From contig JAYGCM010000014.1 in the NCBI GenBank assembly GCA_046583355.1, positions 1-40,338 on the forward strand: a stretch of 40,338 nucleotides of DNA, in the 5' to 3' direction. The stretch comes from Deltaproteobacteria bacterium. Its GTDB lineage: Bacteria > Desulfobacterota > Binatia > UBA12015. The notes beneath the pieces are model-generated. The model did not search any database. It was given only the letters and a program-made list of their open reading frames with translations, and was not told where the DNA came from. Position 1 is the first letter of the stretch. Each line of letters begins with the position of its first letter. The position numbers were made by a program, and so were the translations under genes. This document shows, in pieces, positions 18,326 to 28,079 of the stretch.

Positions 18326-19036
18326 ATGCGTTCTCGATATTCTGGTCTCATGATGGTCGCGCTATCGCTCTCGCTGGCGGTCGCGGCGGTAGCCGGGGAG
18401 GATGTCTATACGACTTCCATTTCCCTGTCGGACACGAAGCCGGGCGCGGCAGTGTCGGTGGTGTTTCGGTTTTCGGCAAAGACCGATGCCTTCGAGAAGG
18501 TCGACCGCATCGAGGTACAGATGCCGGCCGGAACGGTCGTGAACGGGGATGGCCTCTCCATCCTCTGCTATCTGGAGAGTACGGATAGTGATGCCGGTGA
18601 GATCTGCGCCAAGCGCTACGCGAGTGCGAAACTCGGCTCGGGCACGCTGACGACCAGCAGCTTCGGTCGCCATACGGTCGTTGGGGACGCCTATGTGGTC
18701 GATACCGGAAATACTCCGGGCGGCGCGAATTTGGTGTTCTTCTTTCCCAGCGGCCAGGTCTTCGGTGTCGGGGCGCAGACGATTTTTGGCACTTTGGAGT
18801 TCCACGGCGGCCCTCGCCCCAAGATGGTCATGGAGAATATTCAGGACCAGCTTTCTTTGCCCTTCGGCATGACGGCTCGGATCATCAGCAATGAATTCAA
18901 ATTTGTCGGCCAGGCCGGCGAGCCCGTCTACCGCAACCCGGAAGAGGGCGATGTGGAGTCCTGGGACTTTGCGGCGCGTCTGACCTGGAGCGGAGGGGGC
19001 CAGGTCACGACGATGCACGCGCCGCCGGCCCCTTGA
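18326..19036 (+). CDS. Secreted hypothetical beta-rich protein
   Basis: AAGGAG RBS; signal peptide ending AVA; two Cys; no recognised family. Confidence 0.75.
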   Translation: MRSRYSGLMMVALSLSLAVAAVAGEDVYTTSISLSDTKPGAAVSVVFRFSAKTDAFEKVDRIEVQMPAGTVVNGDGLSILCYLESTDSDAGEICAKRYASAKLGSGTLTTSSFGRHTVVGDAYVVDTGNTPGGANLVFFFPSGQVFGVGAQTIFGTLEFHGGPRPKMVMENIQDQLSLPFGMTARIISNEFKFVGQAGEPVYRNPEEGDVESWDFAARLTWSGGGQVTTMHAPPAP

Positions 19037-19108
19037 GAGCTTGGCTTTTGCGGCCATGGTGCCCGGTTGACCGCCGGGCGGCCCGCTACTAAGACGGGAT
19101 ACACGCCT

Positions 19109-19181
19109 GCGGGTGTAACTCAGTTGGTAGAGTATCGGCTTCCCAAGCCGGTTGTCGCCGGTTCGAACCCGGTCGCCCGCT
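19109..19181 (+). tRNA. tRNA-Gly(CCC)
   Basis: Acceptor GCGGGTG/CGCCCGC; anticodon arm TCGGC-TTCCCAA-GCCGG; T-arm GGTTCGAACCC; CCA not encoded. Confidence 0.96.
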
Positions 19182-19186
19182 CTCGA

Positions 19187-19218
19187 AGAAGCCCCCGGCC
19201 CGCGCCGGGGGCTTCTCT
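19187..19218 (+). terminator. Terminator hairpin after tRNA-Gly
   Basis: GAAGCCCCCGGC-CCGC-GCCGGGGGCTTC stem-loop. Confidence 0.75.
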
Positions 19219-19272
19219 GTATCGAGCTTGCCCGTTGCCCTGACCAGCAGCACAGCAGCGGCGGCCGGACCT

Positions 19273-20295
19273 CTAGGCCACGCAGACAAAGTCGCGCCGT
19301 TCCTGGAACCCGGCCTTGGCAAGCGCCGCACGGACCAAGGCGCGCGGCCCCGCGCCGGCTACCGAGGCGAGCAGGGGGCGGCCGTGCAATTCGGCTACGG
19401 CCGCCGGCGGTAGAACCGGCGCGCCGTGGATTTTTTGCCCCAACCGGCCGGGATGCAATTCGATGATATGTGAGGGCTGTCGGCCGTAGGGCAGCAGGGC
19501 ACGGCGCAAGTGGCGGCCCGTGCTGCCGTAGCCCCAGAGGATGTATTGCTCGTGGTCGCGCAGGAAGCCGCGTACGAGGAAGGCCGCCTTGGCCGCGACA
19601 AAACTCTCGACGCGCAGGTTGGTGGCCGAATGAGTGAGCCGCCGGTCATGCTCGCGCCAGCAGACCAGGCGGCGCGGCACGATATTGATGCGCTCACCGG
19701 CCAGAAGGAGGCGCAGCAGCAGGTCGTAATCTTCGCTCCACGCTTGCTCGCGGTAGGCAAAGGACTGGAGAATTTCGCGTCGCAGCATCCAGGTCGGGTG
19801 GGCGAGCGGGCATTCGATGAACGCGTCTTCGGCGATTTTCTGTGCGGAGTCGATTGAGTTCAGCCAGTTTTCGTAGGCGCGCAATCCTGGCCCGATCCGG
19901 CGTCGCGGAAAGATCCGTACATGACTTCCGACAAGTGCTAATTGGCGGTCGCGGGCCATGGCGTCGGTCTGGAGTCGCAACCGGTCGCTATGCATCAGAT
20001 CGTCGGCATCCATGCGCGCGATCAGAGGCGATCGGCAAAGCGCGGTGCCAGCATTGAGCGACGCGACCAATCCTTCATGCGGGCGGCGCAGCAGCCGGAA
20101 GCGGCCATCTTGGGCGGCGTAGGTAGCAGCGATCGCGGCGGTGCGATCGCGGGAGCCGTCGTCGACCACGATGCACTCGAACGCGCGCAGGGTCTGGCGC
20201 CGGATGCTCTCCAGGCAGGCGCCCAGAGTATCGGCCGCCTCAAAGGCCGGCAGCAGGACGGAGACCTGTGGCCGTGAATCTGCAAAGACTGCCAA
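19273..20295 (-). CDS. Family 2 glycosyltransferase with C-terminal Rossmann-like domain
   Basis: VSVLLP, VVDDGSRD, ARMDADD, EDYDL; C-terminal ILWGYGSTG; start codon uncertain. Confidence 0.88.
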   Translation of the reverse strand: MAVFADSRPQVSVLLPAFEAADTLGACLESIRRQTLRAFECIVVDDGSRDRTAAIAATYAAQDGRFRLLRRPHEGLVASLNAGTALCRSPLIARMDADDLMHSDRLRLQTDAMARDRQLALVGSHVRIFPRRRIGPGLRAYENWLNSIDSAQKIAEDAFIECPLAHPTWMLRREILQSFAYREQAWSEDYDLLLRLLLAGERINIVPRRLVCWREHDRRLTHSATNLRVESFVAAKAAFLVRGFLRDHEQYILWGYGSTGRHLRRALLPYGRQPSHIIELHPGRLGQKIHGAPVLPPAAVAELHGRPLLASVAGAGPRALVRAALAKAGFQERRDFVCVA

Positions 20296-20331
20296 GGTAT
20301 TCAGTCTCGCAGATAGGGGGTGCCGCTGCAG

Positions 20332-20721
20332 TCAGCGGTTGGATTTGGGTGGCTTCTCGGGGAGCCTCTGCAGGATCACGGAATGCCATCCAGTGGCGTA
20401 AGTCTCGTAGCCGGGCGAAGAGGCATGCGCGATGCAGGTTGGGATACCGTCATACTTCGAAATCACGAAACCCTTGGGTAGTGTGAAGAGCGCCTTCAAT
20501 TCGGCAAACCCGATCCGGTCCTTCAGGATCTTGTCATCGGAGTCGGCCAGCACGGAGCCGTCGTCGGTCATGGTCTGCATGGCTTCGGTAAACCAAGTGG
20601 TATGGCCTTGGTTGGTGTCCACCGAGGCGAAGTCGCGTTCGATCTGCTGGGCCAGCGAGTCCGCTACGATTGTGAGCTTTTCAGCGCTGGCGTCTGTGTT
20701 TGCCGTGGCGTCGATGATCAT
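20332..20721 (-). pseudogene. Probable internally deleted remnant of a chemoreceptor/Cache-like sensor protein
   Basis: C-terminus DDGSVLADS...AHASSPGYETYATGWHSVILQ resembles, from memory, the end of soluble MCP/Cache proteins; only about 129 aa remain. Confidence 0.45.
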
Positions 20722-20941
20722 ATGCCGGAACCTCCGCGCACGGGGGGTACCTACGGAGCCTATGCGGCCGTCGTCCCTCGACGCTATTGTTGTGATGGCT
20801 GGTACCCCGATACTCAGCTGGAAATTCGCGCTCTTGAGCACTCTGCGCGAAAAGCTCCAAGGCAAACGACCGTGAGTAGCGATCGGGTGGCTTGCGGGAG
20901 CTGGCGGCGGGTGGGAGAGCTTGGCCTGGAGGAGACCCCGC

Positions 20942-22087
20942 ATGGAGAATCAGGCCGACGCCGACATCATTGAAGCGGTACGGAATTTTGTCGAAAAAGA
21001 AGTGAAACCAGTGGCCAATCGGCTCGAGCGGGCCGACGAATACCCCCAGGATCTGGTCGACCAGATGAAGGAAATGGGTCTTTTTGGCGCGACCATCCCG
21101 CAGAAATATGGCGGTCTGGGGCTTGGCGTGGTGACCTATGCGCGCGTTATAGAGGAGCTTTGCCGCGGCTGGATGTCGATCTCGGGTATCATCAATACGC
21201 ATCTGATGGTCGCTTTCTCGATCAAGAATTTTGGCAACGATTCCCTGAAACAGCGGTTTTTGCCGGCCATGGCGAGCGGCGAGAAGCGCGCTGCCTTCGG
21301 TCTCACCGAGGCGCATGCGGGTAGCGATGCGCAAAATATTCGCACTCGGGCCGTGCGCACAGGGGACCAATATATCGTCAACGGCGAGAAGATGTGGTCG
21401 ACCAACGCGCGCACCGCCACGCTTTTCGGGCTGGTCGTGAAGACCGATCCCGACACGAATCCAGCGTATAAGGGCATCAGCTACCTGATTGCCGAGAAGG
21501 GGCCTGCGGGCTGCGTCATCAGCCGCGACCTGCCGAAGCTCGGCTATAAGGGAGTGGAGTCGGCCGAGGTCTTCTTTGAGGACTTCCCCGTGCCCGCCGA
21601 GAACCTGGTTGGCGAAGAGGGTATGGGTTTCAAATATATAATGGCCGGGCTTGAGGTCGGGCGGATCAATATCGCGGCGCGTGCGGTCGGCGTGGCGCAG
21701 GCCGCCTTTGAAGATGCGATTCGCTACGCGCAGGAGCGAGAGACTTTCGGTACAGCGATCTGCAACCATCAGGCGATCCAACTGAAACTCGCGGATATGG
21801 CGACCAAGATTGAAGCCGCTCGCTTGCTGGTGCGGAGTGCGGCCGAGAAAAAAGAGCGTGGCGAGCGCACCGATGTGGAAGCCGGCATGGCGAAACTCTT
21901 CGCCTCCGAGATGTGTCAGGAGGTCGCGCTTGACGCCATGCGGATTCACGGCGGCTACGGCTATAGCCAGGAGTTCAACGTGGAACGCTACTACCGCGAC
22001 GCTCCGCTGATGATCATTGGCGAGGGAACCAACGAGATCCAGCGCCTGGTCATCGCCAAGGGTTTGCTGGCCCGCTACGCGATCTAG
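20942..22087 (+). CDS. Acyl-CoA dehydrogenase
   Basis: GLTEAHAGSD, NGEKMWSTN, KLGYKG, HGGYGY, IGEGTNEIQR; GGAG RBS. Confidence 0.95.
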   Translation: MENQADADIIEAVRNFVEKEVKPVANRLERADEYPQDLVDQMKEMGLFGATIPQKYGGLGLGVVTYARVIEELCRGWMSISGIINTHLMVAFSIKNFGNDSLKQRFLPAMASGEKRAAFGLTEAHAGSDAQNIRTRAVRTGDQYIVNGEKMWSTNARTATLFGLVVKTDPDTNPAYKGISYLIAEKGPAGCVISRDLPKLGYKGVESAEVFFEDFPVPAENLVGEEGMGFKYIMAGLEVGRINIAARAVGVAQAAFEDAIRYAQERETFGTAICNHQAIQLKLADMATKIEAARLLVRSAAEKKERGERTDVEAGMAKLFASEMCQEVALDAMRIHGGYGYSQEFNVERYYRDAPLMIIGEGTNEIQRLVIAKGLLARYAI

Positions 22088-22155
22088 CCGGCGCAGCCGG
22101 CCAGCACTCGGTGCGGCCATTTGCCGCCGGCCGATAGGCACGATACGTCCCCGGC

Positions 22156-23100
<945 letters not shown>

Positions 23101-23111
23101 GTCGCGCGGCG

Positions 23112-24113
23112 CTAAGAAGCGACCAGCTCGGCGATGGTGCGCAGCGTGTCGACGTTGCGGTCGCCGATCAGGATGGTCGACACGCGCGAGTCCTTCCACG
23201 CCTGTAGTCGGTCCTTGATGCGGTCGACCGAGCCGCAGAGCGAGATCTCGTCGGCGAAGGCATCGGGCACGACCAGGGCCGCCTCGTCGCGTTTGCCTTC
23301 GGCGAAGAGGTCCTGGATCTGGTCGACTTCTTTCTCGAAGCCGAACCGACGCACCAGATTTGCATGGAAATTCTTGTGCCGCGCCCCCATGCCGCCGATG
23401 TAGAAGGCCAGCATCATCTTCACCGGCATCAGCGCGGCTTCCAGGTCATCATTGATATTGACCGTGACACTGCAGGCCACGTCGAAATCCGGCTTCGCAT
23501 TCTTGAGCGAGTCGGCGTAGACCTCGGGGCGATAGGGCGAATAATAGAGCGGCAGCCAGCCGTCGCAGAGCTCGGCTGCCATGGCGACGTTCTTGGGCCC
23601 CTCGGCGCCGAGGTAAATCGGCAAATTCTGTCGCAAGGGCTTGGTGATGAGTTTGAGCGGTTTGCCCAGGCCCGCGCTGGTCTGCAGCGGCAGCTGGTAA
23701 TGGTCGCCCTGAAACTCGACCGGGCCTTTGCGTTGCATCATCTCGCGGAAAAGCGTGAGAAACTCGCGTGTGCGGCCGAGCGGTTTGCGGAACTCCTGGC
23801 CGTACCACCCCTCGACCACCTGCGGGCCGGAGACGCCAAAGCCGAACATCACGCGCCCACCGCTGAGGTGGTCGAGTGTCATGGCGGTCATGGCGGCGCA
23901 GGCCGGCGTGCGCGCGGAAATCTGCATGATGCTGGTGCCGAGCTTGATGGTCTTGGTCTGCGCGGCGATCCAAGCCAGGGGGGTGACGCAATCGGAGCCG
24001 TAGGCCTCGGCCGTCCAGACCGAATCGTAGCCCAGCTTCTCTGCCTCCACCGCCAGCGGGCCGGGGTCTTCGGGGCCGAACATCCAATAGCCAACCATCA
24101 AACCGAGTTTCAT
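23112..24113 (-). CDS. LLM-class, probably F420-dependent, oxidoreductase
   Basis: [36 protein letters not shown] motifs. Confidence 0.92.
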   Translation of the reverse strand: MKLGLMVGYWMFGPEDPGPLAVEAEKLGYDSVWTAEAYGSDCVTPLAWIAAQTKTIKLGTSIMQISARTPACAAMTAMTLDHLSGGRVMFGFGVSGPQVVEGWYGQEFRKPLGRTREFLTLFREMMQRKGPVEFQGDHYQLPLQTSAGLGKPLKLITKPLRQNLPIYLGAEGPKNVAMAAELCDGWLPLYYSPYRPEVYADSLKNAKPDFDVACSVTVNINDDLEAALMPVKMMLAFYIGGMGARHKNFHANLVRRFGFEKEVDQIQDLFAEGKRDEAALVVPDAFADEISLCGSVDRIKDRLQAWKDSRVSTILIGDRNVDTLRTIAELVAS

Positions 24114-24164
24114 GATGAATTCCCTAGGCGTTAGGCGCGAAAGTGCAAACTTGCATTGTGCCGC

Positions 24165-24392
24165 TCAAGCCGCCGTCAGCGTGAGGAGCGTCGCGTCGGT
24201 CTGGACCTGCGCCCCGACTTCGGTCTCGAGCGAGGCGATGGTGCCGGCCCGCGGTGCCAGCACGGGGATCTCCAGCTTCATCGACTCGAGGATCAGTAAT
24301 TCGTCTTCGGCCTGGACGGTGTCGCCAACGGCGACGAGGACTTCGAGGACCTGGCCGACACTGGGGCTTCGCACTGCGATGGGATCACTCAT
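24165..24392 (-). CDS. Stand-alone biotin/lipoyl carrier protein (75 aa)
   Basis: VAVGDTV...[19 protein letters not shown] biotinyl-domain motif. Confidence 0.88.
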   Translation of the reverse strand: MSDPIAVRSPSVGQVLEVLVAVGDTVQAEDELLILESMKLEIPVLAPRAGTIASLETEVGAQVQTDATLLTLTAA

Positions 24393-24489
24393 GGGTTTTC
24401 TCGCTACTCGACTTCGCCGCACTTCCCAAGCCGCGGCCATTGAAAGCCGAAGCAGGGCAGGCCATGCAGAGAGGTGGAGGTATGAGATT

Positions 24490-25602
<1,113 letters not shown>

Positions 25603-25607
25603 GGCAT

Positions 25608-25676
25608 AAAAAAAGGGCCGCGTACCCGAAGGTGCGCGGCCCCTTTTCTGGCGCCTATGGGTAGGCGCCGTTTTTT
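25608..25676. terminator. Two tandem hairpins between convergent genes (bidirectional termination)
   Basis: A-tract-GGGCCGCGTACC-CGAA-GGTGCGCGGCCC-CTTTT and GGCGCCTA-TGGG-TAGGCGCC-GTTTTTT. Confidence 0.8.
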
Positions 25677-25680
25677 CGAT

Positions 25681-26763
25681 TCAGTCCATCAGCGACGCGG
25701 GCGCCTGCAGGAAGGCCTGCGAAACGCTGCCATAAGCGCTGCTGCCGTCGATCGAGCGAACGGCGATCGCGCGGGCCAGATCGTCTGAGCCGAGCATCGA
25801 GATCGTTCCGTGCGGCACCGTCACGCTGACTTGCAGGCCGGTGCTCGGGGCGATTGTGGACGACCAATAAACCAGCGACTCGTTTTGCCGGCAGAGTTCG
25901 ATGGGCAGGCCCGACTCGGAGCAGAGGTGGCCGAGGCCGGCGAGAGACACGAGCTCGGATCGGGTCGGTAGGCGCCAATCGCAGGAATCAGCCCAGCAGC
26001 TGCCTTCGCGGTTCATCTGGAAGAGGAAGATGCGGTCCAGGTTACGTTGCAGGAAGAGCATATCGCGATGCTGGATCGTGCGTGCATCGTATTTGGCTTC
26101 CCATTGCAGGTTCAAGACATTGTCGGTGACCGTACCATTGCTGTTGACCTGGAAACGTCCGTCGGGGCCCGTGGTATTCGCACAGCCCGATAAGTCGAGG
26201 CGACAGCCGGCGCCGCAGGCGAGGGTGCCATAGCCGAGGCCAAGCGACTCGCAGCTTTGCCCGCCGGTCGCGCCGAAATCGCAATCTTCGCCCGGATCAA
26301 CGACACCATTGCCGCATGCGCCAGGCGCGGTGGACGCGTTGCCAAGGCAAGTATTCGCGCCAAAATCGCGGAAGGTGCCGGTGCCGCAGGTAACCAGCGG
26401 CTCAACCGGACCGTCGCCTTCGTTGGTCCGGATCCAGCGGGTGGTGTCATCTGCGATGCCTTCCAAGTCGGAGATCACCTCGGGTGCATCGCCGCGGGTC
26501 ACGCACGCGCCCCCATATTTTCTCTCGGCGCGGTCGAAGAAGTTCGCCAAGGAATCGCGGCAGCGAATTTTCTTGCGGAACCACCGACCACGCTCGCGGT
26601 CACGCTCGTACTTCGAGTCTGCCTTGAGCAGGCAAGTGAGAAAACGGCCGGCCGCCTTTTCTTTGAGGGAAGAGCAGCTCGCCTCACGGCTAGGAACGGC
26701 ATCGGCAGGAGCCGCCATCAGAAGCAGAGCGGCTGCGAGGCAAAATGAGGTCAGAATTCGCAC
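25681..26763 (-). CDS. Secreted DUF1566 (Lcl C-terminal)-domain protein with Cys-rich repeat and conserved C-terminal tail
   Basis: Signal peptide ending ADA; CGNGVVDPGEDCD; NGTVTDNVLNLQWE, DWRLPTRSEL, YWSST. Confidence 0.85.
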   Translation of the reverse strand: MRILTSFCLAAALLLMAAPADAVPSREASCSSLKEKAAGRFLTCLLKADSKYERDRERGRWFRKKIRCRDSLANFFDRAERKYGGACVTRGDAPEVISDLEGIADDTTRWIRTNEGDGPVEPLVTCGTGTFRDFGANTCLGNASTAPGACGNGVVDPGEDCDFGATGGQSCESLGLGYGTLACGAGCRLDLSGCANTTGPDGRFQVNSNGTVTDNVLNLQWEAKYDARTIQHRDMLFLQRNLDRIFLFQMNREGSCWADSCDWRLPTRSELVSLAGLGHLCSESGLPIELCRQNESLVYWSSTIAPSTGLQVSVTVPHGTISMLGSDDLARAIAVRSIDGSSAYGSVSQAFLQAPASLMD

Positions 26764-26957
26764 GATAATCGGTCTCCAAGTTGGAAATCAGGGTCTATGA
26801 GCCTCCGCCTGGGGCGAAGCACACGAAACACAATAGCCCATCCGGCTGCCACCATTCAATACGCAAATGCATCGAAGATCAGCAAAAAAACTATGCGGTT
26901 TGCGATATTCTCGCCTGATTGTTGCGTCAGACGGGCGGCGCGCTACTTTCTCGGCTG

Positions 26958-27422
26958 ATGGCCGGTCTCAAAGTAGAAGGCGAGGTCGCGAATCCCGGGT
27001 CTCTTGGGTTCGCGGAATTGGCGGCATTGCCGCAACAAATCGAGGATATTGCTGCGCTCGTTCCGGGCCGAAGCGGTGGGGCGGTCGAGCTGGCCGCGAT
27101 CCTCACGGCGGTCGGCGTGTCGGACGAGGCGACGCATATTACGCTTGCCTCCACGGACGGGGACTTTGCCGCCAGTGTGCCGCTTACGGCCGTGGCAAGC
27201 GCGATTGTGGTTTACCGCGACGGCGTCAGCGCCCTGCCGGTTTCTGCCGGCGGTCCCGTGCGTTTCTTCATTCCCGAGGTCGGCGATTGCCATTCGGGCC
27301 CGGTCGACGCCTGCGTGAATGTGAAATTCCTCGGCACCATCCGACTCACCGTCGGTCCCGGCCGTGATACGCGACCGACCAACCCGACCGAGCACGCAGA
27401 CCTGCACCGACACGAATCGTGA
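26958..27422 (+). CDS. Small protein resembling the molybdopterin oxidoreductase (Oxidored_molyb) domain
   Basis: LKVEGEV, ASTDGDF, LPVSAGGPVRF, CVNVK motifs. Confidence 0.6.
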   Translation: MAGLKVEGEVANPGSLGFAELAALPQQIEDIAALVPGRSGGAVELAAILTAVGVSDEATHITLASTDGDFAASVPLTAVASAIVVYRDGVSALPVSAGGPVRFFIPEVGDCHSGPVDACVNVKFLGTIRLTVGPGRDTRPTNPTEHADLHRHES

Positions 27423-28075
27423 ATTGGCTATCGATCGTCATCGGGGCGGGCCTGCTGGTGGGCTTTCGCCGCGCCAGCAGCGAGTTGGTGCCTTTGCTGC
27501 GCTTCGCTGTCAGTATCGCGCTGGTCGCGCAGATCGGGGCGGACCTCGCCGGTGCCTCCTCCTATGTGGGCAGCGCACTTTTCGTCGTGGCGACGCTCGC
27601 CTGGCTGCTCGCCCTGCGGGTTCCGTCGCCGGTTGTGCTCTTGCGCGGCGACGTACCTTTTCCCGGCTCGATCAAGATGATGCTGGCCGTGCCCTTCCTG
27701 CTCTGGCCGGCGCTGGCGGCTTTTCTCCTGGCCCCGGAAATGCCGCAAGGCCAAGGCGAGGCGGCCATCAGCGGTATGCTCTTTGCGGTCCTGGGAGCGG
27801 CCGCGGTGTCGCGACTCGGTCGCGTGGGGCCGCGCAGCTTCGCGGTGGTGCTCGCCGGCGTCTCTCTGGCCGGCGTTGGCTGGACTCTCGCTGCGTTCGA
27901 TGTCGGCGTGTTCGCCTTTGACGGTGGCCCCTTGGCTGCGCTGCTGATCGCCTTGGCCGGACGGGCCCTGCTGGTCGTCGGCCTGCTGGCCCACGACGGC
28001 CCGCGGATTACCGCAGAAGCATTGGCGTTGGCCGCGGCCGAGGGGGCAGAAGCCTCTGCCCCTTCAGCCGCTTGA
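27419..28075 (+). CDS. Hypothetical multi-pass membrane protein
   Basis: Highly hydrophobic; GTGA overlap with the upstream gene. Confidence 0.7.
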   Translation: MNWLSIVIGAGLLVGFRRASSELVPLLRFAVSIALVAQIGADLAGASSYVGSALFVVATLAWLLALRVPSPVVLLRGDVPFPGSIKMMLAVPFLLWPALAAFLLAPEMPQGQGEAAISGMLFAVLGAAAVSRLGRVGPRSFAVVLAGVSLAGVGWTLAAFDVGVFAFDGGPLAALLIALAGRALLVVGLLAHDGPRITAEALALAAAEGAEASAPSAA

Positions 28076-28079
28076 GCGT

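Noticed and set aside
19109..20940. Island integrated at tRNA-Gly
   Set aside because: No att duplication or integrase; the tRNA is followed by an ordinary hairpin.
15395..22141. Long antisense ORFs 15395-16576 and 20681-22141
   Set aside because: Shadow frames of the acyl-CoA dehydrogenases, expected from high-GC codon bias.
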